A stretch of DNA of 64,000 bases from contig CM074811.1 in NCBI GenBank assembly GCA_037447605.1, positions 186,001 to 250,000 on the forward strand. Reading direction: 5' to 3'. The position numbers and the translations under genes were made by a program. The notes under the pieces were generated by a model that was not told the origin of the DNA, made no database searches, and saw nothing but the letters and a program-made list of their open reading frames with translations. This document shows positions 18,702 to 29,800 of this stretch, in pieces (within the stretch, counting starts at the first letter, position 1; each line of letters begins with the position of its first letter). The DNA comes from Zygnema circumcarinatum SAG 698-1b. Lineage: Eukaryota; Plantae; Zygnematophyceae.

Positions 18702-21170
18702 CGAAACAAAGAGTGTGGCTGCTCGGCTCAGCCGGAGGGCGGCATTGCCCACACTCTGCCATTCAGTCCATCGCCCGCATGGGGCTCTGCTTTGGAGATA
18801 CATTCCTGCGTTATTGACAGTGCGTTGGGGGTGGAGGGGGGAGAGACGAGCATGGAAAATGTATCCTTTAGTAGTGGGGATCAAATCCGCAGCAAGTGCT
18901 GCAGTTGCGTAGTGTGAGGGGAATCTCCGAAGTACTTTGCATGTGGACTCTTCCACGCCCGCGTGTGTAACATTTCAGGGTTTTCAGAATTTCTAGGGCA
19001 TGTCCGTGTCGTTTCTTTGGTACTGGCATGGTACTTTTTGGTACTCTGCGTTCTTTTGCGGTGGCCCTTTCCATGTAAAGCCTCTTGCTCCTCAGCTATA
19101 AATCGGATTGGGTTTTCTGCAGAGAGAACGATCTACCTTCCGCTTATCGTTAGATTACTCGCGACTTCACAGCCATGGAGGATGCACAGTCCCTTCTCTT
19201 GTTGTGTACTTTGACTGACGAACCCGTGCACTGCCTCACGTAGATGCAAGCTTGCTTTCCACCTTCCCCGCCTTACATTGTCCACAATGATACGTGGTCG
19301 CGGATGGGTGGACGCGCAATTCCATTGACGTACTCGATGGAGCGGTGCGCTCTATGGGATATCACATGAATCAAGCCAAGTACAGACGAACATGCGTCAA
19401 CTCCTTTTATTCCACACGTCCCTCATTCTCACCAAGATATTAAACGCACGGAAAACTAGCAGCAAATTGCAGGGCCTCGTGCTCTAATAGACCTCATCCG
19501 TTCCGTTGAAAAAATGCCTCACCATCCGCGCTCGGCTTCCTCCTGATAAGAACGCAGTGCAATATCACACACGCTCTCTCGCTCAGAGATAGCCACATAG
19601 GGGTCAGGAAGCTTAATAAAAATGGCTCACTTGCTCCGTAGCAAGGGAGCCACCCAAGAGGGCCTCCTCTCTCTTCCCTCCCTCCTCCCCTACTCCTACT
19701 TTGCTGCTTATCAATAATCATTCTATTTTTATTGCAGCATTTTCTCCAAGTGATCTTTAATTAAGCTTTGAAAAACGGCTCACTTGCTCCGTAGCAAGCA
19801 AGCCACCCAAGTGGGCCTCCTTTCTCCCCCCTCCCCCCTCCCCNNNNNNNNNNCCCCTCCCCCCTTCCTCCCTACTTCGGCCCTCTCCCTCCAACCGTAC
19901 ACCGTGCCCAGCGGCGATGGGCGGCTCGGGCGGGCCGTGGACGCCGTACCGTTCGCCGCCACGGTAAACAGTACGGCCGCCATGGCCGCCGCGGCCTTAC
20001 CTTTTACGGACGAGTGTCGATCTGATCCCGCCGGGGGCCCTCGCCGGTTCCACCCGCGAGTTGGCCCTCCAGGTGGCGCGAGCCGCGGGACTGGCAGGCG
20101 CTGCTTGGGGGCGCGGGGCTCTGGGAGCTACTGCACGGGGAATGTTCTTCGCCAACCATCCCTACGATTTTCCGCCTTTTGCCTTGCTGGGCCCTTCTTG
20201 ACGGGACGCTCCCTCCCCTTCCGGCGCTGTCTTTCCTGACGTAGCGAACGAAGCGACCGGACACACCGCACCTCTTGGGTGAAGGGGGCACCTGCTCGCT
20301 TTGAATCAGCCTCGATCACCTTTTTGGGGCGATGTGCCGCGCATCGATCGGCGACCTTCGCGGCTGCTTCGAGCGAGGGCCTGAAGCGTTGTTGAGAGAC
20401 CGTAGCTTTCCGAAGGCAGCCCTCAAGAATGGAGCAGTCTGGAAACCTGGACAGGGGCCTTATCATCCATACGATCGCTGAGATGATTTTACAATGAAAA
20501 GTTGGGATTCTATAATTCACAAGGAAGATTTCTGTTGCATTACAGCTTGTATTACTGCATGAAAAATTACTGCGCAGAGACGACCAAACGAATATTTGAA
20601 CACTCTGGTGCGGGAAAAGCTTACAAATTATCACCCCGAATACTCGCAGATTTCCATTTACTTGAACAGAAAAATTGAAGAATTATTTCGCTCACAGTGG
20701 CCAAGATTCACATGCAAAAACTCCATTAAAAAACCTTCCAAAGCCAGCAAGCACGACAGGCGACACCCGCACCATGCAGATGGGCAGATTGTAATATCAA
20801 CTGCAAGCTCATGAGACGCCGCAAACGGAACTGCAAAAATGTTTCTGAAAATCTCGGTTCATCAGGATATTAGAAGGACCAATTTGAGTGTCCAAGGAGA
20901 TCAGGTGAAGAGCCACAAAAAAAATAGAGATAGAGAGAGAGCGCGGGGGGTTCAGGACTAAGCTGCCGATCATCGTCGATCTGTTCTTCCCACCCTAGTG
21001 AAGAAAGGTACACAAATATTTGCCAGCATTTGTTAATCGTACTGCATATTACCTATCAAAATTGCAGCGGATTTGGCATTTCTTTTCCCACCCTATGCCA
21101 TGTCCACCTATTTGAGCAAAAATACAAACTTCAGAATTTTTACGAAATATGTTCTATGTTCGCAGTTGCT

Positions 21171-22307
21171 CTAACCGCTGATGGTCTTGCCAGCGGCGAT
21201 ACCGGCGTCGCGGTACTTCTGGGGGAGGGGCGCCACGCCGGCGGGCTTCATGAGGTTCTGCACGGTCGCGGTCATGGTGAACTTCACCCACGCCTGCACG
21301 ATGGAGCTGATAGCGGGGTTGTTGTACGACTTGCGGGCGAACATGTAGATGATGGAGCCGATGGGGTACGTGGTGGGGCCGGGCTTGTTCAGGAGGCTCA
21401 CTCCGCTCCACACCGCGCTGTTGTACGCGGGGATGGGGTTGGGCATGAGCGCGGAGAGGTCCGTGGCGAGGTTCGTGGAGACGAACGCGCCGGCGGCGTT
21501 GTTCACAGCCACCACGGGGACGCCGTTCAGGGTGCAGAGCCCGCTCTGGAGGTACCCGATCCTGTTGGAGTCTCCCTTCAGCGCGGCAATCATGCCGCCT
21601 GACTTAAGAACGTAGGTGATCTTAGCGGACACTCCGGACTGACCGCTCCAGCTGTCGGTTGTGGTGAACGGCCAGGCAGAGACCTGGGTCTTCAGCCACT
21701 TTCCGATCACCTCGGTGGTGCCGGAGCCGTCAGAGCGGGCCACGGGCAGCACGTTTCCGGTGGCCTTGGAGACGTAGGTGGACCAGGGAATGTACGCATC
21801 GGAGGTGTAGATGTTGTACAGCTGGGAGCCGGTGAAGCGGAGGGTGGAGGAGCCCTTCTTCAGGGTGCAGAAGGAGTAGGTCGCCACGGCGAAGGGGATG
21901 GTGTACTTGCTGGTTCCACCGGCGGCGGAGTCATCGTTGGCATCGAAAGCAACATCGGAGTAGGCAACCTCGTACACCCTGTTAATGAAAGCAGTCTGGC
22001 CGGCGCCAGAGCCGACGGAGAGGTAATCTCCGATGGAGCCCTGGCCGAGGCCGGGAACGCTGGCAGCCAAGTCGGTGGCCTTCTGCACAATCTGCAGAGC
22101 GAAAAAAGGAATTGACAGAAGCGCTCAGTATAACGCGGAGACCACGTCAGCCGGGACCCAGCGATGTGGTGGAAACGGTCCCCACTGCTGCGGAAGTTCC
22201 AGACCACTCACCGGCTGGACGGAGCTGGCTCCTCCGATCTGGATGGTGCTCGCCTGGGCGGCGGCGGCGGAGAGGAGGACGACGGCAGCGAACACAAGGG
22301 CGGCCAT
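21171..22307 (-). CDS. PstS-like secreted phosphate-binding protein, copy 1 (intact, 338 aa; exons 22307-22212 and 22091-21171)
   Basis: Signal peptide MAALVFAAVVLLSAAAAQA; 120-nt GT-AG intron; PstS motifs GGASS, YLSVGSGAG, YSD, RSDGSGTT, IGYL, NAAGAFV, YPI, APLP. Confidence 0.9.
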
Positions 22308-22380
22308 TGCTTCAAAGTTTTCTGTGAGATGCTGGTTGCTTGAAGTGAGGCTTGAATTTTAATAGCTGTTGAGCGCGGTC

Positions 22381-22692
22381 TTTATAGCTCGCCACCCGCC
22401 GCCCGGCCACGGACGGACCCGCGGGCGGCTGGGGAGGGTGCCCACTGGCCGGCATCTTCTGCCCGGCGGTACGGCCCTGCCCGGCCCGCGCCAACGAGCG
22501 CCGCGGCATCTTCCGCGCCCCTCGGCGGCATCTTGCGCCGGGCGGCCAGCGCGCGGGCGGGCGGCCGCCGCCGTACGGCACGGCGCTGTTGGCGCTTCCA
22601 AGGCAAGGCTGCGGCGGGCGCTGTCGTCAAGCGCCGCCCGACCAGCGGCGGCCGCGCGTCAGCGGAGGCGCGGGATCTTCGCAGAGGCCGTA
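22381..22692 (-). promoter_or_regulatory. Promoter of PstS copy 1: TATAAA plus a cluster of AAGAT(G/C)C motifs
   Basis: TATAAA at 22386-22381 (minus); GCATCTTC, GCATCTTG and GGATCTTC motifs; near-identical to 38510-38815 in inverted orientation. Confidence 0.6.
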
Positions 22693-22865
22693 CAAATGCG
22701 TTAAATGGCGGAGGTACTGTACAGTAGGGATGGCCCGCGTTATAAAGTCCGACTACATTACTTACTTTACAACGGGTTTAAAAGTAGTAATATAGTATAA
22801 AGTAAAAGACTTTATTATATATATTATACCCACTCGTTTTGAACAATTAACGACCGAACGACCTA

Positions 22866-23869
22866 CTGCACCCCCGCGTTTTGTCTTTCGCACCCCCCCG
22901 TTTGAAAATTTTGCCTGCCCGTTTGGTTACCCATCCAGTTTTGAATATTTCGGGATTTTTTTTTTCCCGACCCTCCCGTCCCCTCCGCTCCCCTCCCCTG
23001 CCCTCTCCTCGCCTCCCCTCCCCTCCCCGCCGCTCCCCTCCCCTGCCCTGTCCTCCCCGGCCCTCCCCTCTCGCCCGCTCCCCTCCCCTCCCCTCCCCTC
23101 CCCTCTTGCAGTTTGGAAATCAGCCGAGACAAGAGCCATATCGAGTACGCTGAAGGGAAAAAATGTTTCAATTGCAAGCAGGCCACAACTTAAGATCTTG
23201 CCTTAATTAGGGGGTCTATGATCCTAACCTGAAAACAAAGAGTAATAGTTGCCCAACATTGGTGACTTTTGCAGTTGCGTTTAAAAGTGCGTTTTTGCGC
23301 TTAAGCTTAGTTTATTTTAGTTTTTTGCTCCTAGTTTTTTTATTTTGTGCTTAGTTCATTTGCGACCAGATTCTTGTGGTTCCCATGTTGACTTTGTCCA
23401 TGTTTATTTGATGGCCTCACCATATTGAGACCAATGCAAATCCCCTTTTCTTTTGTCGCACATTGTTGGAAGTTAGTGGTGAAAAGGAGAAAACGAGGGG
23501 GGTGGAATGTCCAGAAAAAGAGGAGGGGAGGGGAGGGGAGGGGAGGGGAGAGGAGCGGGCGGGAAGGGAGGGCCGGGGAGGACAGGGCAGGGGAGGGGAG
23601 CGGAGGGGAAGGGAGTGGAGGGGAGGGGACGGGAGGAGAGGGCAGGGGAGGGGGGGGAGCGGAGAAAGCACGGATAGTACCACACAAGTTGTGCGGGACG
23701 CAAGTTGGACGGGAGGGGCAGGAAAAAGATTTTTTCCCGAAATATTCAAAACTGGAGGGGTAACCAAAACGGGCTGGCAAAATTTTCAAACGGGGGGGTG
23801 CGAAAGACAAAACGCGGGGGTGCGAAAGACAAAACGCGGGGGTGCGAAAGACAAAACGCGGGGGTGCAG
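22866..23869. mobile_element. Non-autonomous foldback/MITE-like element with long terminal inverted repeats
   Basis: 22866-~23105 is the reverse complement of ~23520-23869 (CTGCACCCCCGCGTTTTGTCTTTCGCA... plus CCCCT/AGGGG tracts). A 22-bp subterminal unit occurs once on the left and three times on the right. No TSD found. Confidence 0.6.
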
Positions 23870-23908
23870 GAGAGTTACCCGGCGAATTTCTTGGGGACGC
23901 ACTTTTGA

Positions 23909-25750
23909 AGGTGGAAAATAATATGACGGGGTCCTACGGTATTACGGGGCTATCGTGGTTTCTCGAGACAGGCCTGCGGCCGTACTGTTTCTCTGTACGG
24001 AGTCGCATGGCCGCCCGGAGGGCCCTGTCGCGAGCTCCTATTATAGTGCCGTTCATATATCGTACAACCGACCGTACCGTTTCGCATCCTCATACAGTAC
24101 AGCACAGTACAGTAGGACACCATCATATTTTCCACCTCAACATTTGCGTCACCGATAAATTCGCACCAATTTTGCCGAAACCACTTTTTTGTACGGTAAC
24201 TTCGTGTTAGCCCTACAATTCGTACAATTCGTACAGCCCGTACTAGCCGTACTAGCCGTACTAGCTGTACTAGCCTTCACGGGCTTACTGTAGCGTAACG
24301 GAGCTGCGTTCGACGGATTTGCGTCAGTTCAATTGTACTTGACATATGCCTCTTCCGTGTCACGGATCAACGGAATCCAGGAGCTGCCAACGGAGATTGA
24401 GAGAAGGCGGCGCCATGCGTTGGCGGTCCACGGAACGGCACACTATCCAGCAAGGCGCACTCGGGAACACCGCCTAAGGCCGCCGATTATCATTCGTTGA
24501 CCTATCCGAAGGCTCCACGTAGTCAGTCAGGCCTCTCAGTGGGCAGTTGGCCAATCAGAGGCTGTCACTGCTAAGGCTCAAGATCTATTGTCAGTGTTAA
24601 GTAGATGGGATGTCAGTGATGCTTGTTTGTCTTTTAGTGCTGGGCTTAGTATTTGTATTTGCTGTGTGGTTTGTTGTCTTGTTCTTCTTTCTTCTTTTCC
24701 TTCCTCTTCAGTTACAGCAACAGATGCTAAGTAAGAGAGAGAGAGAGAGAGAGAGTTCCATGCCATAGATAGAGAGAGAGAGAGAGAGAGAAAGAGTCTT
24801 CTTGCTGATAGCATTTAGACGTCCCATTCAGCCCAGTTAGACAAAGATTTCAGTGAGAAGACAATTTCATTGTAATGACATTCCCCAGCCAACCGCTGGC
24901 TGGGGTGAGTTTCCAAAATACCACCTTTATCTAAGTTGTGTCCTGTTTTCCCTCTGCTGTCACTATGCCAAGCCCCTATCTTGCTCTATCCTGCCTTGCA
25001 TTACTCTCAATGACCAATGATCACTAGAAGCCTAGCTAAGAGACTAGCCGAGGAGAGGACAGGGGAAGAGGGTCCCCAAGGAAGGGCTCTTTGCGCATCA
25101 AGTCCAGCCGCCGGTGGGAACGTCTTCAGAATCCCTACGTCTTCCGCTGCGCGTACCTCTGAATCCCCCGGATCCTGGCTCTATGCTGCAGGCAGACCCA
25201 CAGCACCACCCCAACCCTACGTCAGTTTCAGCACGGACGCTCGGGTGGCCATACAGCATCTGCGACTAGCTCAGCAATCTCCTTTCAACCCCACTTATCT
25301 TGTGCTACATTACGCAAAACTCACCTATTCTCCCCGCACGTGCCGCCGTCAGAGGCGCTCGCTCTTCTCCCCTTCTTCTTGGCTTCGATACGATATGATA
25401 CGGTACGATACAATACGAAACTCCCCGATACGGTACTATCCGTACTAGCCGTACGAGCTGTAGTAGCCGTTACGGGCTCGAATTTAAACTCTCCGAATTT
25501 TCCCGCCCTTGCCGCCGCAAGAGGCCACCATAGTGTCAGTTGCCGCGATACGATACAGTGCGATACGGTACGATATAAATTCAAACGATACGATACGATA
25601 CGAACGATCCTACATGAACTCTAACAGAATTCCGCTCGTCTATTGGTAACACAGACCTAATATTTGCCAAAAACGATATTTTCGCCGGATATTCGCTTAA
25701 ACCAGGTGGAAAATATGATGGGGTCCTACTGTACAGTACAGTACTGTACG
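23909..25750. repeat. Degenerate DNA-transposon/MITE remnants with short inverted repeats and GTAC/CGATA micro-repeats
   Basis: AGGTGGAAAAT(A)ATGA(T/C)GGGGTCCTAC occurs at ~23909 (+), 24113-24137 (-) and 25704 (+). (CCGTACTAG)n occurs at ~24235 and ~25435, and (CGATA)n at ~25385-25600. Confidence 0.4.
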
Positions 25751-26148
25751 TTCAGTCAGACTGCACTGTGCCTGGCAATCGTACAAATGTAGATTGTATC
25801 CGTACTTTTCGTACAGCACGATAGCGCGACCCATGTTCAGAATTTGTATTGAAAAATGGATCAGGTAGGCTAATACTAATACATAAACATAAACATGGTA
25901 GACATCCGTTTTGAGGCTTTTACTTTGTCCTTTCGTCCATTGTGACCGCCCCTTTTGGTTCTCGATGTTGATTTTCTTCATGTACGTTTGATGGCTTTGC
26001 CATCGTGAGTTCAATATACCATCACCCCCCCATACAATACATGCTAATACATTAACACAGAATACAGTAAGTGGTTTCCTCCGAATCTGGGCGAATTTCT
26101 TGGGGAACGAAAGTGCCCGGGGAAAAAATATTATTAAGGGGGGGATAC

Positions 26149-26510
26149 TGTGTAAGGAAAGCGAGCTGTACTTTGAAAAAGATGTACGAACAGTGTACAA
26201 ACGAAAAGGGGACCGCACGGGAGAGCGTATTCGTGGAGGTACGAGCAGGACGTGAAGAGGAAGGCGAAGCGTTTTAGGAAGATGAAGGGTTCAGGAATGG
26301 ATGTTCTGGAAGCACAGGCTGAGAGTAGTAGAAGTAGAGCAAAGAAGAAGCTGAGCAGCAGAGTACGAGAGAAAGGAGGATGAACTGAAATGTATGAAGG
26401 CCTTTGATGAAATAAAGAATGTGTTTATGAGTAATGTGCTGACCCAATGGGACTGTGGAGTGTGTTCATCATTTGTATGCTGGAAGTGAGAATGTGACAC
26501 TTCCTTCACA
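26149..26510 (+). mobile_element. Orphan 3' LTR (family C, related to family B) with polypurine tract (PPT), immediately upstream of PstS copy 2
   Basis: TGTG...CACA ends; PPT-like AAG7A run immediately upstream (~26136-26145); shares 'GAGGATGAA..TGTA..AGGCCT..ATGAAATAAAGAA.GTGTTTATGAGT' with family B LTRs. Confidence 0.6.
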
Positions 26511-26835
26511 AACTCAAGCCTGAGTACAGACAATCAACATCTTACAGCAAAGCTGAAGCCATGGCCGCCCTTCTGTTCGTCGCTGTCGTCCTCCTCTCTG
26601 CCGCCGCCGCCCAGGCGAGCACCATCCAGATTGGCGGAGCCAGCTCCGTGAAGCTTGTGAGTGGCCTTCAACTTCCGCCGCAGTGGGGATGGTTTCCACC
26701 ACATCGCTGGGTTCCGGTTGACGTGGTCTCCGCGTTATACTGAGCGCTTCTGTCTTTTCGTGTTCGCTTTGCAGCTTATGCAGACGGCCCTCTCCGACTC
26801 TGAAGGCGTTCCCGGCCTCGGCATGGACTCCGTCG

Positions 26836-29800
26836 TGTTGTAAATTAAGGCCCGGTCCGTCTCACTCACTTCACTCACTGCCATGTTTGCAATCTGAATC
26901 AAGGAAAGCTCTCAAGTGCACACACTGAAAGATAACTGAAATCAAACGAGCAAAAACACCGTAAGGAAATGTAAGGAGAAAGCACCCGGCCTCAAAACTC
27001 CTTAATAAAGTAAAGGAAGTTACAAGCACAAGTTTCAGCCCTCAGGCTTCTACTTCAGCTCTGACTAACTCCCGACCCCCTGCTGCCCATACAGCCAGGC
27101 AACCGCACTCAGCAACACGAGCTAAGCTGCGGCTGTATTAGAATATCTATTACCTAAGCCTAACTCTACTTAAGTACTAAGCGTTGCACTACTCCTCCAC
27201 GTTCTAATGCATGCCATGTCTCGCCACCGCGCTGCACCGCACGCCGCCGCGTTCCACCGCGCACCTCCATGTCGCTGGCGACGCTCCACGTCTCCAGGTG
27301 CTCGCCTCTCTCCTCGCGGTAACTCCTCCTTAGGTCGCCATGGCCAGGAGGGGGAGTGTCCGTACAGGAAGCTCCTCCTCCGACTTGCCTTCCTTCGAGA
27401 AGCTTCCTCGACAACGCGCGCGCCACTCCAGCGTTCGTCCGTACGCACCGGACTAATGTACGGTCGACCCAAAGAAACAATAAGCAAACCTAAGGTGTTC
27501 GCGCAGCCTATCGCTGAGCGCCACGTGTCATAACTATCCTTAAGCGACTCTAAATATCTCCAGTGTCGACGCGGCCTATAGCCGCTCGCCACGTGGCCAG
27601 AGACTAATTCTGCGCGTTCCCACTACGAGACTAAGACTGTCGGTCAGTCCACATCCGGACCGAATCTCCTAAGGACCTTTGACAACTGCTAAGGACCGTA
27701 CGGTGTACAGTTCGGGGCTATACCCCTATTGTACACATCATTCCCCCTCTCGATCCTAGCCACGAAAAGGTCCGACTCCAATAAGAATACTGTTCCTCCA
27801 GACGATCTCACCGTTCGTCCCCTTGGTTAACATATCTGCCGCTTGATCTTTCGTACCGACAAATCCGACGGCCACCAGGCCATCCTCTACCTGTTTTCTG
27901 ACATAGTGATACTGCAACCGAATATGTTTCGACCTTTTATGAAACACTGGATTCTGTACCAACGCGATCGATGATTGGTTATCAGTAAAGATCTGTACCG
28001 GGATCTGAGGGCGTTCGCACTCAGCGAAGAAGTTTTGAAGCCAGATCGCCTCTTTGCTTGCGTGGCATGCCGCAATGTACTCCGCCTCCGTACTGGACAG
28101 CGCAATCGTCGCTTGCAGATTCGAGCTCCACGTCAGCGCACCTCCTGCGTTGACAAAAGCGTAGCCAGATGTAGATTTGGACGTATCCACGTCGCCGCCC
28201 CAATCCGAGTCGGTGTATCCGTACACCCGTGTCTCAACTCCACCGTCGAAGTTAATGCCGAACTGAGAAGTTCCCTTCACATAGCGAAATATTCGCTTAA
28301 CTGCTTCCCAATGTTCCGGGCCAGGATTCTGCATGTACCGTGAGACCGTACTGACAGCCTTAGCCAAGTCAGGTCGTGTTCCAACCTGTAGGTACATCAG
28401 GCTACCGATGGCTGACCTGTACGGAATTCTGTCCATCTGCCTCTTCTCTTCCTCCGTCTGAGGTGACATGTCATGGGAGAGGTGGATAGAAGGGTCCATG
28501 GGGCAGGTAACAGGATGGCAATCCTGCATGCTAAACCTGATGAGCACATCCTTGGCATATTTCTCTTGGCAAAGGAATAAGTTATTTTGACGCCCCCTCT
28601 TAAGCTGAATGCCTAATAAGTACTCAGCTTCTCCCAAGTCACTCATCTGAAATTTAGTCTTCAGAAGTTCTTTCAGACTCTGAATGCCTAAAAATAAAGC
28701 CCAGACAATAATGATCAGATCATCTACGTAGATCCCTACATACGTCAGTTCAACCCCTTCCCCCTTCTTATAAACTTAAGCATCCGTTTCAAACTTAATG
28801 AAGCCATTATCTCTCAAGAGGTTGTCAATTTTGCCATACGGTCCGTGGAGCTTTGTTTCAGCCCGTACAGGCTTTTCACAAGCACCGCATACCAAGTGTT
28901 CTTCTCCTTCATCACTTAGAATTTGGTCATGAAGATTCTTCCTCCAACTCTCCATATAAAAATCGTCTTTATGTCAATTTGGTAGACATGCATCCTTTAG
29001 AACAACTGCTGATGGATATCAAAGATCTGAGGGAGCTAAACTTGACTACCGGAGCAAAAGTTTCTGTGTAGTCAAGCCCATATTTCTGGCTAAACCCTTT
29101 TGCGTCCAGCCTAGCCTTGTATCTATCGACGCTCCCATCTGACTTCCTTTTCACTTTGAAAACCCATTTGCACCCTATAGCCTTCCTCCCCTTTGGCAAC
29201 TCTACCAGCCGCCAAGTCTTGTTCTCTTTCAAGCTACCCAACTCACTCTCAATGGCTACTCCCCATTTCTCAGCATCTGCCCCCTCTACAGCTTCAGAGA
29301 GAGTTTGGGGTTCACCGATGGTCGCCATCAAGACTTCAGCGACGCTGGCAAATTCAGCAGAGTCGGTCGGCATCCTCCATTCGCTTGCTCCATTTACCTC
29401 CCACTCGGAAGGGGGGTAGCGCCTGTTCGGTCTCCGGAGGCGAGCTCCTTCCTGCTGTACGGCCACCCTGGTTAGCGGCACTCTTGTCGTTACTGGTACA
29501 GCAGATAACAAGGGAGAAGGTACGGTAGGTCGTTTGACCGAAGGTCGGTCGAGTGACTCGAAAATGTCACTCAACGACCTCTCTCGTTGCGCCACGTCGT
29601 CGTGAACAGCTGTAAGTGTCGGTGAGTCGATCTCCGTTGATTCCAAATGATTTGAAGGTCACGCGCCAGGGCGCCATCGTAGCCATCCGATTTCAGAATG
29701 CGGTTGGTGACGGGTCTCCGCTAGCGCATCTCCGCCGTTCGGTTCGTTGTCTCGCACCACTGAATCGCCACCGTCTGATTCGTAGGAGATTTCAAATTTG

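Noticed and set aside
22212-22250. Calling the protein a DING protein
   Set aside because: The predicted mature N-terminus is STIQIGGAS, not DINGGG; only PstS-superfamily membership is supported.
21171-22307. Bacterial contamination as the source of PstS
   Set aside because: Spliceosomal intron, TATA promoter, copia insertions with TSDs, no pstCAB operon, and adjacency to eukaryotic genes.
23794-23869. Short direct repeats resembling a CRISPR array
   Set aside because: No spacers, eukaryotic context; subterminal repeats of a TIR element.
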